64,000 nt of DNA from Amphiscolops sp. MND2022 (lineage: Eukaryota). A model generated the notes under the pieces. It saw only the letters and a program-made list of their open reading frames with translations, ran no database searches and was not told the origin of the DNA. Below are positions 12,270 to 22,823 of the stretch, in pieces. The position numbers and the translations under genes were made by a program. Location of the stretch: the NCBI GenBank assembly GCA_964187785.1, contig OZ076411.1:59148001-59212000 (forward strand). Reading direction: 5' to 3'. Positions within the stretch are counted from its first letter, which is position 1. Every line of letters starts with the position of its first letter.

Positions 12270-12774
12270 CAGGGGTCGGTAACAATATATTGCAATATTA
12301 TTGAATGCCTGCAATAAAGAATCTTTGGAAAAGCTGCGCAGCAATAAATAATAGCAATTATTCAAACAGAGCAAGAATTATTGCAATTACAGTAGGGGGC
12401 TTTTATAACGACCCCGATGGACAGTTAATTATAATGTCGGTATAGAAACCGTCGTTATAAAGATTGTCGTTACAAGCGTTTGTTATATGACAGGAATTTG
12501 GAAAATGGTCGTTATAAACGCTTTTCGTTATAAAGCACTCCGTTATAAACACCCCCTTCTGTATCGTGTTTACAAATTCAAAGTTTACTAATGGTTTCCA
12601 CAAGAACCTAGCACAATGTAATAATTATTGCAATTATCGCTTGCTTTGCAATGATAATAATGATACTGAAGAATTTAGGACATACGTCCAAGGGTCCTAA
12701 AGATATTGCGAATTGAAAACTTGGAAGTAAATTATTGCAATACTTTTATTGCAATGTATTGCTACCCATCCCTG
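12270..12774. mobile_element. hAT-type MITE in mib2 intron 1
   Basis: TIRs caggggtcggtaacaatatattgcaata / tattgcaatgtattgctacccatccctg; 8-bp TSD tacatcca at 12262 and 12775. Confidence 0.85.
12390..12561. mobile_element. Tc1/mariner-type MITE nested in the hAT MITE
   Basis: TIRs cagtagggggcttttataacg / cgttataaacacccccttctg; TA on both flanks. Confidence 0.8.
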
Positions 12775-13039
12775 TACATCCACTATATAAATAAATTATT
12801 TCATTACAGAGTTAACATTATTAACTAAATTTAGAAACCATCAAAATGGCTCCGGAGTGGACCCGATCGGAACCTCAAGTAGTTGTCCTTATCCAGTGAC
12901 TACCCTGCTTGCTAATGAGAGTAAAGGTGCCTATTCATACAGCAGAAAATGAAAATTTGGTCCCATACAGCCGAATTCAAATTACTAGCTTTTAGTGCTG
13001 TTACAGCCAATATGTTGGAACTTAATTTTTTTGAAAAGG

Positions 13040-13200
13040 TTTGAATATTTGTTGTATGGCTCGGTCGCTTCGCTCCCTTCGCCAAGTAGCAACATTGAGG
13101 CATGGCCATATGGCACGTCGCTCCGCTTCGCTTCGCTCCTGCATTTAGGGCACTAGGGGTATGTGAACATAGCTAACTACGTTATAATAATAATTCCGAC
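13040..13200 (-). repeat. Dispersed repeat (gcaggagcgaagcgaagcggagcgacg family), inverted relative to copies at 14.0 and 14.9 kb
   Basis: Direct sequence match in reverse complement; related copies at about 18120-18200 and 18500-18560. Confidence 0.8.
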
Positions 13201-13387
13201 AAAATCTGACTCGCGTTTTCAGCTTAGTGAATTCAATTCGATTTCAAATTTCAGCCAATCAGATTGCAACATAAAGAAATATTCTGCTGTTTGAGACCAA
13301 TTTTTCATTTTCTGCTGTTTGGTACTTCGGCTGTTTGGGAATTCCCCAGAGTAAACCATGAAAAAATGTTCCAAAATTATATCTGAC

Positions 13388-13459
13388 CTGATTACTCCAT
13401 GCCCAATCAGGTCCCCGAACGACTCGTAAACCAATAATTTGCTGCAAACAACCATCCAT
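13388..13459 (-). CDS. mib2: Mind bomb E3 ligase, coding exon 1 (MDGCLQQIIGLRVVRGPDWAWSNQ; start of first MIB/HERC2 domain)
   Basis: RVVRGPDW motif; donor CAG|gtcaga; phase 0; joins in frame to DEGEGHVGT of the next exon. Confidence 0.88.
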
Positions 13460-13898
13460 TAATTCTGAAAAAAAAACAATTCTGGCTCGGACAACTACAC
13501 GAACAGCATCTGGGGAAAACAGCCACAAGGACAAAAGCAAACCTGGAATGGACTTGAGCATCGAAAAACCACAAAAACCAAAGATACGAGGAAACTCTGA
13601 CTGATCTCTGAGGAGGAAACCCCTTGTGGGAAAAACACCCACTAAACAACTACGAGAACTCGTCCACGCCGGTCCCGGTTTTAACCTGAACCCAGAGTCC
13701 GTGAACAAGTCAAAAGACGTTTACAACTATCTAAAGTCCGAAGAACTGAGAAATACGAGAATAATCTTGTGGCACGATCTGAAAACAATACTATCACACC
13801 CCACAAAAGTAACAACTATCAACCGCAAAGTGTAAATCAGCTGGTGGCTTCATTGAGAAGTCTAACAAACTTATGCGGCATAGTTTATTGCCAACGTA

Positions 13899-15173
13899 GG
13901 GTGGGCGGAAATAGGTCGAAGGAACGGGATCGAAAATCAGAGTTAGTCCTAAGGTCGACATAACCAAATTTTTGAATGGGATCGAAACAACTCGGATCGA
14001 AATTTCTATAACGTAGTCAGATATGTTCACATACCCCTAGTGCCCTGAATGCAGGAGCGAAGCGAAGCGGAGCGACGTGCCATATGGCCATGCCTCAATG
14101 TTGCTACTTGGCGAAGGGTTACCAGTCACTTGGCTTAATACCACTTGGCTTAATTTTTTCGTCGAGTCATTTGGCTTAAAAATTTTAAGCCAAGTGACCA
14201 CAAAATTAAGCCAACTCCATTTTAACTCAAGGAATAAATATGTCAACTCCCGGAAATATCATAATGTGGCGCATAGGCGGTGTATGCACGCTCGTCCTCA
14301 CCGTCGCAAAGACCATCTCCCACTACGATCGCTTCGCGATCTTCGTTCCCGCTAGGTCTTTGCTCCTGTTCGACCTCGCTTAGCAAGATGGGAATATGAG
14401 CGGCCCCAAGGGGCCGCGGAGCACTAGAGGAAATGGGGACATATCCGAGAGGTATTTGATATGACATGTTATAATAATACGCTGACTACGTTAGAATGAT
14501 AAATTCGACGAAATCTGCCACGTGTTTTCAACTAAGTGGATTTAAGTCAAATGACTTTAAGCCAAGTGACCAATCCCCGAGACACTTAGCTTAAAAAAAA
14601 TTAAGCCAAGTGACCAATTGTATTAAGCCAAATGACTTTAGGCCAAATGGCATTAAGCCAAGTGACCATTTACCTGGCGAAGGGAGCGGAGCGACCGAGC
14701 CATACAACAAATACGATAAAATTCGACCGCATTCCTTTCGATCCCTACAAATCGATGGGTGGGCGGAAGTAGGTCGAAGGAACGGGATCGAAAATCAGAG
14801 TTAGTCCTCAGGTCGACATACCGAATTTTTTGAATGGGATCGAAACAACTCGGATCGAAATTTTTATAACGTAGTCAGATATGTTCACATACCCCTAGTG
14901 CCCTGAATGCAGGAGCGAAGCGAAGCGGAGCGACGTGCCATGTGGCCATGCCTCAATGTTGCTACTTGGCGAAGGGAGCGATGCGACCGAGCCATACAAC
15001 AAATACGATAAAAGTCGACCGCATTCCATTCGATCCCGGCAATTCGATCAAAAGGTTCGACCTCTGTCCTTTCGACCAGAAAAATTCGACCTATTTACAG
15101 CCACCCCAAATTGATCAAAAGGTTCAACCTCTGTCCTTTCGACCAGAAAAATTCGACCTATTTACAGCCACCC
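13899..15173. mobile_element. Non-autonomous TIR element with an internal ~290-bp tandem duplication and a ~68-bp terminal tandem repeat
   Basis: Ends gggtgggcggaaataggtcgaa / ttcgacctatttacagccaccc; imperfect 8-bp TSD ccaacgta (13891) and gcaacgta (15174); second internal unit starts near 14758. Confidence 0.75.
14117..14674. mobile_element. 558-bp TIR element nested in the previous element
   Basis: TIRs ggttaccagtcacttggcttaatacca / tggcattaagccaagtgaccatttacc; TSD tggcgaag at 14109 and 14675. Removing it restores the sequence of the uninterrupted duplicate. Confidence 0.85.
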
Positions 15174-15949
15174 GCAACGTACAGGGTCCCCGAATATTTT
15201 TGAAGACCTGAGAACATTGGACTGCCCAATCATCCAAGGCACGACAGATATTTTGAGCAAGTCAGAGCATTGCAGTGAAGTATATAGATATATATATACA
15301 AATATATAAGTGGTGTATATATTTATACACTAATTACACTAATGTTCTAACAGGTCACAGCATTTGCCAGAAAAATTACAATTCAGTTCATTGTCTGGCA
15401 GGTACCTGTCAAGCTATCTGTTTCGACTACAATCATTTCATCGGCTGTTGGCGTCGTTCAACTGGTCGGCTTTCAGCCATCTAAACCTCAATCAATTGAG
15501 AGCGGTATTCGAAGTAGGAGTTGAAAGAGTAGATTATTAGATGACCTGACTTTTGTCTCAAACAAGATGTAAGCAAACATAAGGTGATAACAGGTGGGTT
15601 CCAAAGATTGATTCTAGTTCATCATAAGGAATGATAGGAGATTTGTTTCGTGTCTGTTCAAACAGCGGCATTGGAAACATGATCTCAAACATAAGAAAAT
15701 CAAATTGCAGTCTGAAGCTGCAGAAATTGAAACTGAGGTTCCATACATAGTAAATTTGATAGTAGGTTTCGAACAGCCGAATATTCATTTCAAAAAAATA
15801 CAGATTGTTTTAATTACTGCAGATTTCAACTTATTAATTGCAAATCAGAATGGTTTATATCCACAGCGTCGAATTGATAAAATATTTACTAAGTCAACGG
15901 TATAAGTTATTAATTTCATATTCAACACCCTACTGATAATATAACTATA

Positions 15950-16290
15950 ACTTTCCACATTTCCGTTAACGCCATACAAGAATAAAACTTCAATCAGTTT
16001 TTTCATTGAAAAACCTTGAAAGGAACACGAAATTTTTGCAAGCTGTTGCGTTGCATAACAGTTCTACTAAGCTTAAGGAAGTTCCAAAAATCTTTTCCGG
16101 GATTGCGTTGAAGTGAAAGACAGCATCAATCCGTCACGGGAAGCATTCGACTAGCTGCCTGGGTTGTTAGCACCGTGATTGAGCTTGATCGCGGTACGTC
16201 CCCCGAACAAAACATGACCTAGTCTCTCACTGGAAGAAATGTTGTTTTTTCGAAAAACTCCACAAAATTTTGCGGACAATGGTCAAAACT
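15950..16290 (-). pseudogene. Second MULE-like transposase C-terminal fragment
   Basis: Frame-broken FVEFFEKT..F.P...SCF..RT....NN....FWNFL pattern typical of Mutator transposase C-termini. Confidence 0.3.
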
Positions 16291-16669
16291 TAACCTAATC
16301 ATCCCCCCTATATCACCCTCCAAGTAACTACCCTTCGACGCTGTGAAGTATCAGATTAACCAACTCCCATAGTTTGTTTATCACTTTTTGACCTAATGGT
16401 ACCGAGGAGTGGGCATTTGCAGCTCAGGTTTCAAAAATGTTTTGTTCGTCGACCAAGAAAGAAAGTTTCAGATCATATAGCTGCGCATTAAATTTGCGCC
16501 ATTTTTTCTTTTGCGCGGGGTTAAGGAGGCCTCTTTCTAATTGAGAAATTGCAATTTCCACTCGCACTTCCTCCTTTTTCAAAAGTCGCAGGGCGGTGCA
16601 AAAGCTGGAACTCGATCGCGAAAGCTTACGATTCCACTGAGAGTGCCAACTGTCACAAGAGTTGATTGT

Positions 16670-17720
16670 TATTAATGCATTTCATCGTTGGAAGCAGCTC
16701 CACATTTTCGGGTGAAAAGTTGAACTCCACGTTGAATGAAAAGACCACAAAAGGCTTGTCAGTGCCGGATACTCCTGGAAGACCTCTCTGGCTTTTTGAG
16801 TTTTACATAGTTTCAAGATGCAATTGGAAACTTTACTCTGTGGCAAAAAAGCCGTTTTCATCAAATATCTTGAGACTTTTCTCGATCGTTTGTCATCTCT
16901 ATAGCATATACTCAGACCAAGTTTTCGAATTGTCCGATAAACTGGCTGTGTGAAATGAAAACAGCTGACTTTATGGACACTGTTTGGGAATTTCGTTGCC
17001 ACAGCACTGATTATTGCCCTCTCGTAATTGGGATTTTACTTGTGCTGGTTCCCAATGATACCGTTATGTTGATGGAATTCGCTCTTTACAATGTGGAAAT
17101 GTTTGCGGTAATGCCCCGTTACTTTTCCAACAGAAAACGCCCACACCAAACGAACTTTTCGGTTGATCTTTATGCCAAGTGTGGTAAACAGCTGATAAAA
17201 GGCTGATAAACATCAGCAGAACAATTTTTTGGTAATTATTTTCTTCCATCTGCTTGGAATGATAAAACGCCTGGGGTTGCTTGGTTTTTTTGGCAATTTT
17301 TCAGATCGGGTTGATATAAGGTACTTTTGACTGATTCAAACTGGGACGGAACAGCAGAGGCATTTTTCGCACAAACATCATCGTAAATTGTCTTGACAGT
17401 TTTTGTAGGATTTTTTCGGATAGCTTTTTTTCAGTTTCTGCATTATTGTTTGGTTTTGTTCCAGGCCTGCGTCAACCGGAGCTAGACTGAGCAAACATAT
17501 AGGGAACTTTTTTTGTACTCGTTAAATATGGAAATACTGTTATTGTGTCCCCACACCGTGATGTGCAACATCGATACCAGGTGCTTGGGGTGTTTTGTTC
17601 AATTTGTACGAACAACCATTGTTATTACCCAACTTTCGTTGGTCCACAAAAGATTTCTCCATAGTTTTATATTTCGTTTTGAACACGAAGTGATGTCGTC
17701 ATAGTTTTATGTTTAGATTT
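16670..17720 (-). pseudogene. Decayed MULE/Mutator transposase with a FLYWCH-like N-terminus
   Basis: RAIISAVATKFPNSVHKVSCFHFTQPVYRTIRKLGL...Y...FLP matches the MULE CxFHFxQ region; FHPKMWSCF downstream; SYKLNK..STWYRCCTSRCG near 17560-17620. Confidence 0.7.
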
Positions 17721-17929
17721 TTATTTTGTTTGGAGTCGATTTTAAAATTTGCATGGTCGACGGATTGATCTTGCCATGGTTTTCAGATTCGTTATGAATT
17801 TCATTTAAACTCGTATTTCCAATCAAAAATTTTTGCTGCAATACGATTTGCGAAAGAAAAAGTTCTGCTGTTCGAGATCATTTTTTTACTATCTGCTGTT
17901 TGGGATTGTATCTGTTTGGGAAATCTTCG

Positions 17930-18750
17930 GTGTAAAAAGTCACTCAGCAAAAAGTCATTCGGCTTAATTTTTTCGGCGAGTCAATTGACTTGATATTTTC
18001 AACTTAGTCAAGTCCAATCTAACTGGAAAACTGGCTGAAAACAACTTATTAAACACCAAAATTGAGTTGAAATTTTAACAAAATGTTCGAGAAACCAAAA
18101 ATATTCCGAAAAATTTACCAAATTTGTTGTAGGGCTAGGTCGCTTCGCTCTCTTCACCAAGTAGCAACATTGAGGCATGGCAATACGGCACATCGCTTCT
18201 GCATTAATGGCACTAGACGGTCGGGAGTCCTGTTATCGACCGCTTACTTCGAAGCAGCTGAGTTTTCGAAAATGTTTTGGGGAAAATTAAAATTTGCGGA
18301 CGTAGTCAACAGGTTACAAGGCACGTGGCTAAACACCATTTGGCGTATTTTTTTGATACATTTGACTAACATTTTAAAGCGAAATGACTTTGAGTTATTA
18401 TTTGAGTTGTTATTGTACAGTGGTGACTACTCATACAGCCAAATTTACAAAAAATGTCTCAAACATCAGACGGGGCTTGGATTTATTTGAAGAGGTTAGC
18501 AAATTTGTTGTGTGGATCGGTGGCTTCGCTCCTTCGGCCGAGCAGCAACATTGAGGCCTGGCTTATGGAACGTCGGGACAAAATCTGCCAGGCGTTTTCA
18601 ACTTAGTGATTCTCAGCCGAATGGTATTAAGCCAAGTGACCGTTTACCCCAGACGTATGATTTTGAAAAATTAATTCAAGCAGCGAAATGAATTGAGTCG
18701 AGTGACTTCAAGTCAAATGACTGAAACCCGAGTGACCATTTACAAGTCAA
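17930..18750. repeat. Cluster of fragments of the agtcacttggcttaa and gctcggtcgcttcgct repeat families
   Basis: Motifs shared with 14117-14674 and 13040-13200; boundaries unresolved. Confidence 0.55.
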
Positions 18751-19271
18751 CTAACAGTGTAGGGTATGCTTTATTTCTCTCTAGCTTTATAGTTGCAAGA
18801 GTATGCCTCTCTTGCAAGTTCAATCGTTGAAAAAGTGGTTGATTCGCTCTTGAATGAATAAACAGATGGAACTTTTCAAAACCCAAGAGCTCAAATTTCA
18901 ACGGCAGCTTGCTTTGCTGAGGTTGCTAATGGGTTGACAAGAAACACAGCTGCGACTTGCTTGTTTAGTACGTACGACTATTGGGAAGACACCTACATCT
19001 AGAATGTGATTATAAAAAAAAAACAGCTAAACGTTGCAAGACCTCTTTTGCTAAGCATTTCCCTTGTATCTTGATAAAGCCAGTCCCACAACCGGCTTTC
19101 TTGAAAGCCAAAAATTTTCTTCTGAGCAAAATTTGAGAGCTTCTAGCTGTTTATCGCAGCTCTGATGAAATACTCCGGTGTCGCTTTGCTTTTCGTAAAG
19201 TTAGGTGCAAAAAAGATTGAACAAAGTTGCTCTGTTGTCATGACAACAAACCGTATATTATCCAACGATTA

Positions 19272-21526
19272 GCAAGCCGTGAACGGCCCAAGTCGGCGCC
19301 ATATCTAAGGCTCAAAATGACTCGAAAACCACTTTTTCTACAACTGGAGACAACAAAAGCTCTCAAAAAACTAAAAATTGAGAAAAAATATTCAGATTTT
19401 TTTTCGAATTTTTCTTTGAAGTTTCCGGTAAGACGCATAGTGCCAAAAAATATAAAAGGGGGACCCTTTGGGATTTTTTGAACATCCATTCTGTTGCAAA
19501 ATATCAAAAATTGATGGGGGAACAATATAAAATTTCGGAAAAAAAAGAGAAATTTGAACAGTCTCACAGTGCCGAAAAAAGGAGGAAAGTCTCATAGTGT
19601 CGAAAAAAGTGGCAAAGGGGGACTCTTCTGCTTTGAAATGGCTTTTTAGAGCATGTTAGAGGCATTGGATGCGTTGAAAATGAAGTACCAAGTATACTTA
19701 GTGTAAGGAACATGGTCCGGTTGAACCCTTAGGTCACAAGCAGACTTTGAGTCCTTCATTGTTAATCTTGTATTTGCGTTCTTCCATACATTCACAATCC
19801 CGTCCTCATTTGTGGACGTACACGGCTCAACGCCATGTTGGCTCAAAGGCAATTTTTCTACCATGTTTTGTATTTCTGGGATGATCCTTTCACTTATGGC
19901 AGAACTAATGGCCCTGCTAATCTGTGATTGCATTAGGTCCATCATGGCTTCCATTTCACGTGACATCCTAGCATTCATTTCTCCAGACAACATGTTAATT
20001 GACTCTACTAGTCTACTTTCTCTAACTGGCTCATTTCTATTATCGATGTCTCTGATCTTATTCTCTTGAGATGAATTTTCTCTGTTAGGAAAAGATTGAA
20101 AGTCTTGCTGCCTTTCAGGGACAATAATTAAGCTGTCCAACTCTCTCTCTCTCTATAGAATTGGAATTTCCATCACCTAGCATTATTTCCATGTTACCAT
20201 AGTCGGACAACATGTCTAACTCTCTCGATTTCCTGGCTTTGGCCTTTTGTCTCCTTGTAGAAGGCATTAAAGTACTTTTCCAGGAGAAAATATGTGAATT
20301 GTTCCAGTGGACAATATGAAATTGGGTTTTACAGTGAATCTTGTACGATTAGTATAAGAGTGACTGAACAGTAACCGTATTGAAAAGTGATCTCCCCGTC
20401 CAAGGGCCAACATGGGCTTATATACTCAATTGCGCGTGACGCACAATAAAATGACGGTCACGTTACTGAAAATAACTTGCAAACTATAAATAGATCGCGT
20501 CATTACTAATAATAGCATCGTTACGTCATTGAGTGATTGTGGGCGGTATGATCAAAGCACCTGTTAAGGTCATAGCGGGATATGCCGTTCCAACGGTCAA
20601 GATAATCTACATAACTTTCATGCGTAAATCAACATTTCATGCGCGTACTTTTGTAGGACCTACATGGCCAATCGCCATGAAGGCCTTTTCAGGTACGTAG
20701 GTGAAAATAAAATGTACTTCACCTAATCACATTTCAAATATAGCAACATTTCATGTTCAATATTAAGTAATACTCAATATGTCGATAGGCCGTATAGGGC
20801 CTTATTTTAAATAGTAGCATCATCAATCCAACAGTTGAACCAATCCAACAGTAAGCCGAGCCTGTCTTTATTCAACTTGTACAACTATCAACAAAGCGTA
20901 GCAACTAACAAAGCAGGCCGGTCCAACCACGTGGCCGGACCGGTCCATTCTTGAGTAAATACACTTGAGTAGCAGCAATGAATGAAATTAGCACGACTGT
21001 GATTGGCTAATTCGCTGTAAGCGGCCATATTAGCTATACTGAACAGGCAAACTTTTGAGCACGTTTCCTTTCTGCCTGTCAGTATAACTTGCTGTCAAAT
21101 ATTATAACGATAAACTAAACTGAATTTACATGCAACATAAACAGTATAAATACTATAACTGAGAGTTTCAAGTTTACTGTTAATACATCAAAAATTTTAT
21201 TGTAATGGCAAAGTGCCGGGTAGGGCGTTTTGTCTACTGGCGTCAATCGTATAAAAATTGCGGTCACAGGCGGCAGCCTGCGACACTTAGTACTTCATTT
21301 TCAACGCATCCAAAGCCTCTAACATGAGATAAAAAGCCATTCCAAAGCAGATTTTTTTTCGTCAGTTCAACGCGATTGGTCCACTTTTGTGCGTTAATGC
21401 ACTTTTACCATATGTATACATATGGTAAAAGTGCATGAATGCACAAAAAGTGGACCGATCTCGTTGAACTGACGAAAAAATCTAGTCACTGTAAGAGTCG
21501 GGATTTTCTTCGAAAACGCCGACTAA
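19272..21526 (-). mobile_element. Helentron/HINE-like element (~665 bp originally) interrupted by a solo LTR
   Basis: 5' end ttAGTCGGCG at 21526; 3' end cgccgact-tgg-GCCG ttca CGGC-ttg at 19272; two long internal palindromes. Confidence 0.75.
19702..21285 (-). mobile_element. Solo LTR (1584 bp) of the long-LTR Gypsy group, carrying a Gag N-terminal ORF remnant
   Basis: TGTCGCAGGCTGCCGCCTGTGAC ... CCTTACA on the minus strand; 5-bp TSD cttag at 19697 and 21286; ORF 19646-20140 is homologous to 39724-40341. Confidence 0.92.
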
Positions 21527-21529
21527 AAA

Positions 21530-22560
21530 AAAGAGCAATGCCTGAAAATTGGACAGATTTTCATCAACTTGTAACACATGTTCGAATCAGTTCCGCAGGA
21601 TGACGTAAAGTGTTCTAGCAAAACCACTGTATCCAATTCACGGATGGAAGTTCTTCTCGGGGGTCCATTATTGATTGGGAGTTCGCTGGCCGAGTTACTT
21701 TATTTTTCCCAGAAAATCTAAAAGCTGTATCATTTGATGGAGGTTGTGGGACGAATACTGCCAACGAAACTGTTGCCTACGAGTATACTTTGTAGGTACG
21801 AATTGGTTAATGACGTTGAAGAAGCAACGAAGCCAATCACGAAATTTTTTTTCATCAGATGCTATTGTAAAAGAGACGCTGTGTGGAAATGATAGATGGA
21901 TGGATTCAATATCTGCTTGAGGGAAACCATCGCTTTTGGGTCCGGAAAAACCTTATCAATGAAAGTTCAAGTAGTTGAAATCACCAAAAACCACCGGTTT
22001 AACTTGTTTTGCATGAAATCTGAGATTATCGAGGCTAACCTGGGAGAGCTTTTTCGCGTACATTTTATACTATAGAAGAGGCTAATATCTGAATTTTACT
22101 TGCACAAGCGAAGTCAACATTGGTTCTACATCAACTTTATCTCACTAAACAAATAACAGTTTTTTGTCAGAATAAGAGCACCACCGTGGGAATCCATAGC
22201 GCAATCGGGCTTTAAAACTACAATGTAGATAGTTTCGGGAAAGGTGTTTTTGATTAACCAAGTTTCAAATTCACTAATAACGAGTGCATTGCAGATGAAA
22301 CTATGATTTAAGGATCGAAGACGCCTTTGCACTGACAGGAGGCTTCCACCAATTTTGTTGTAAATGATAAACACATCAGTAGACTGTCGTTCTATTTTGA
22401 CTTCTACATCATTGTTAGCGAGATTTAGACCTGGGATTTTTAGGAGTTTCAGTCTACTTCTAATTTCATGATTTCATTACGCTCTAGAAATATTTTCAGC
22501 TCCACTACTGGTTTTCTGGGGAGAGATAATGTAGTCAATAAACCTATAAGCAAGGTATGG
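21530..22560 (-). pseudogene. Decayed LINE ORF2 (AP endonuclease plus start of RT)
   Basis: IIYNKIGGSL...LVISEFETWL...DSHGGALI...FIDKVF...FFNVINQFVPTK, with many stops. Confidence 0.5.
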
Positions 22561-22823
22561 TTTATTGGTAGTGATGGCGGTTCGAACTAATGTTCAGGAC
22601 TTTGTCTATAGTCTAATCTGATTGTCCAAAACGCATCATTGCACATGGTCGGTCAAGTCACTGTGGCGTAATTCTGCCCCCTAAATGCAGGTGGAGGAGT
22701 GTCCTAAAAAGCGAAGTGGAGCGACGCGTCCCACTAACCCAGCGGCTCGTTTTGACGAAGGCAGACCGGAAGGTGCGCGATGAGCCGTAACGAGAAAGGC
22801 TGTGATAATTTTAGTGACTCTTG

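Larger units (their letters stand above)
13626..15270 (+). pseudogene. Disrupted ORF of a repetitive element (SGNH/esterase-like appearance), split by a TIR insertion
   Basis: ...IILWHD(fs)NNTITPHKSNNYQPQSVNQLVASLRSLTNLCGIVYCQR, then the insertion, then TGSPNIFEDLRTLDCPIIQ continues after the second TSD. The family label is pattern recognition only. Confidence 0.4.

Noticed and set aside
5757-13459. Calling the ligase MIB1 because it has three RINGs
   Set aside because: Motifs in both MIB/HERC2 domains and the first MIB repeat match MIB2 much better; recorded as mib2-like, with the discrepancy listed as a finding.
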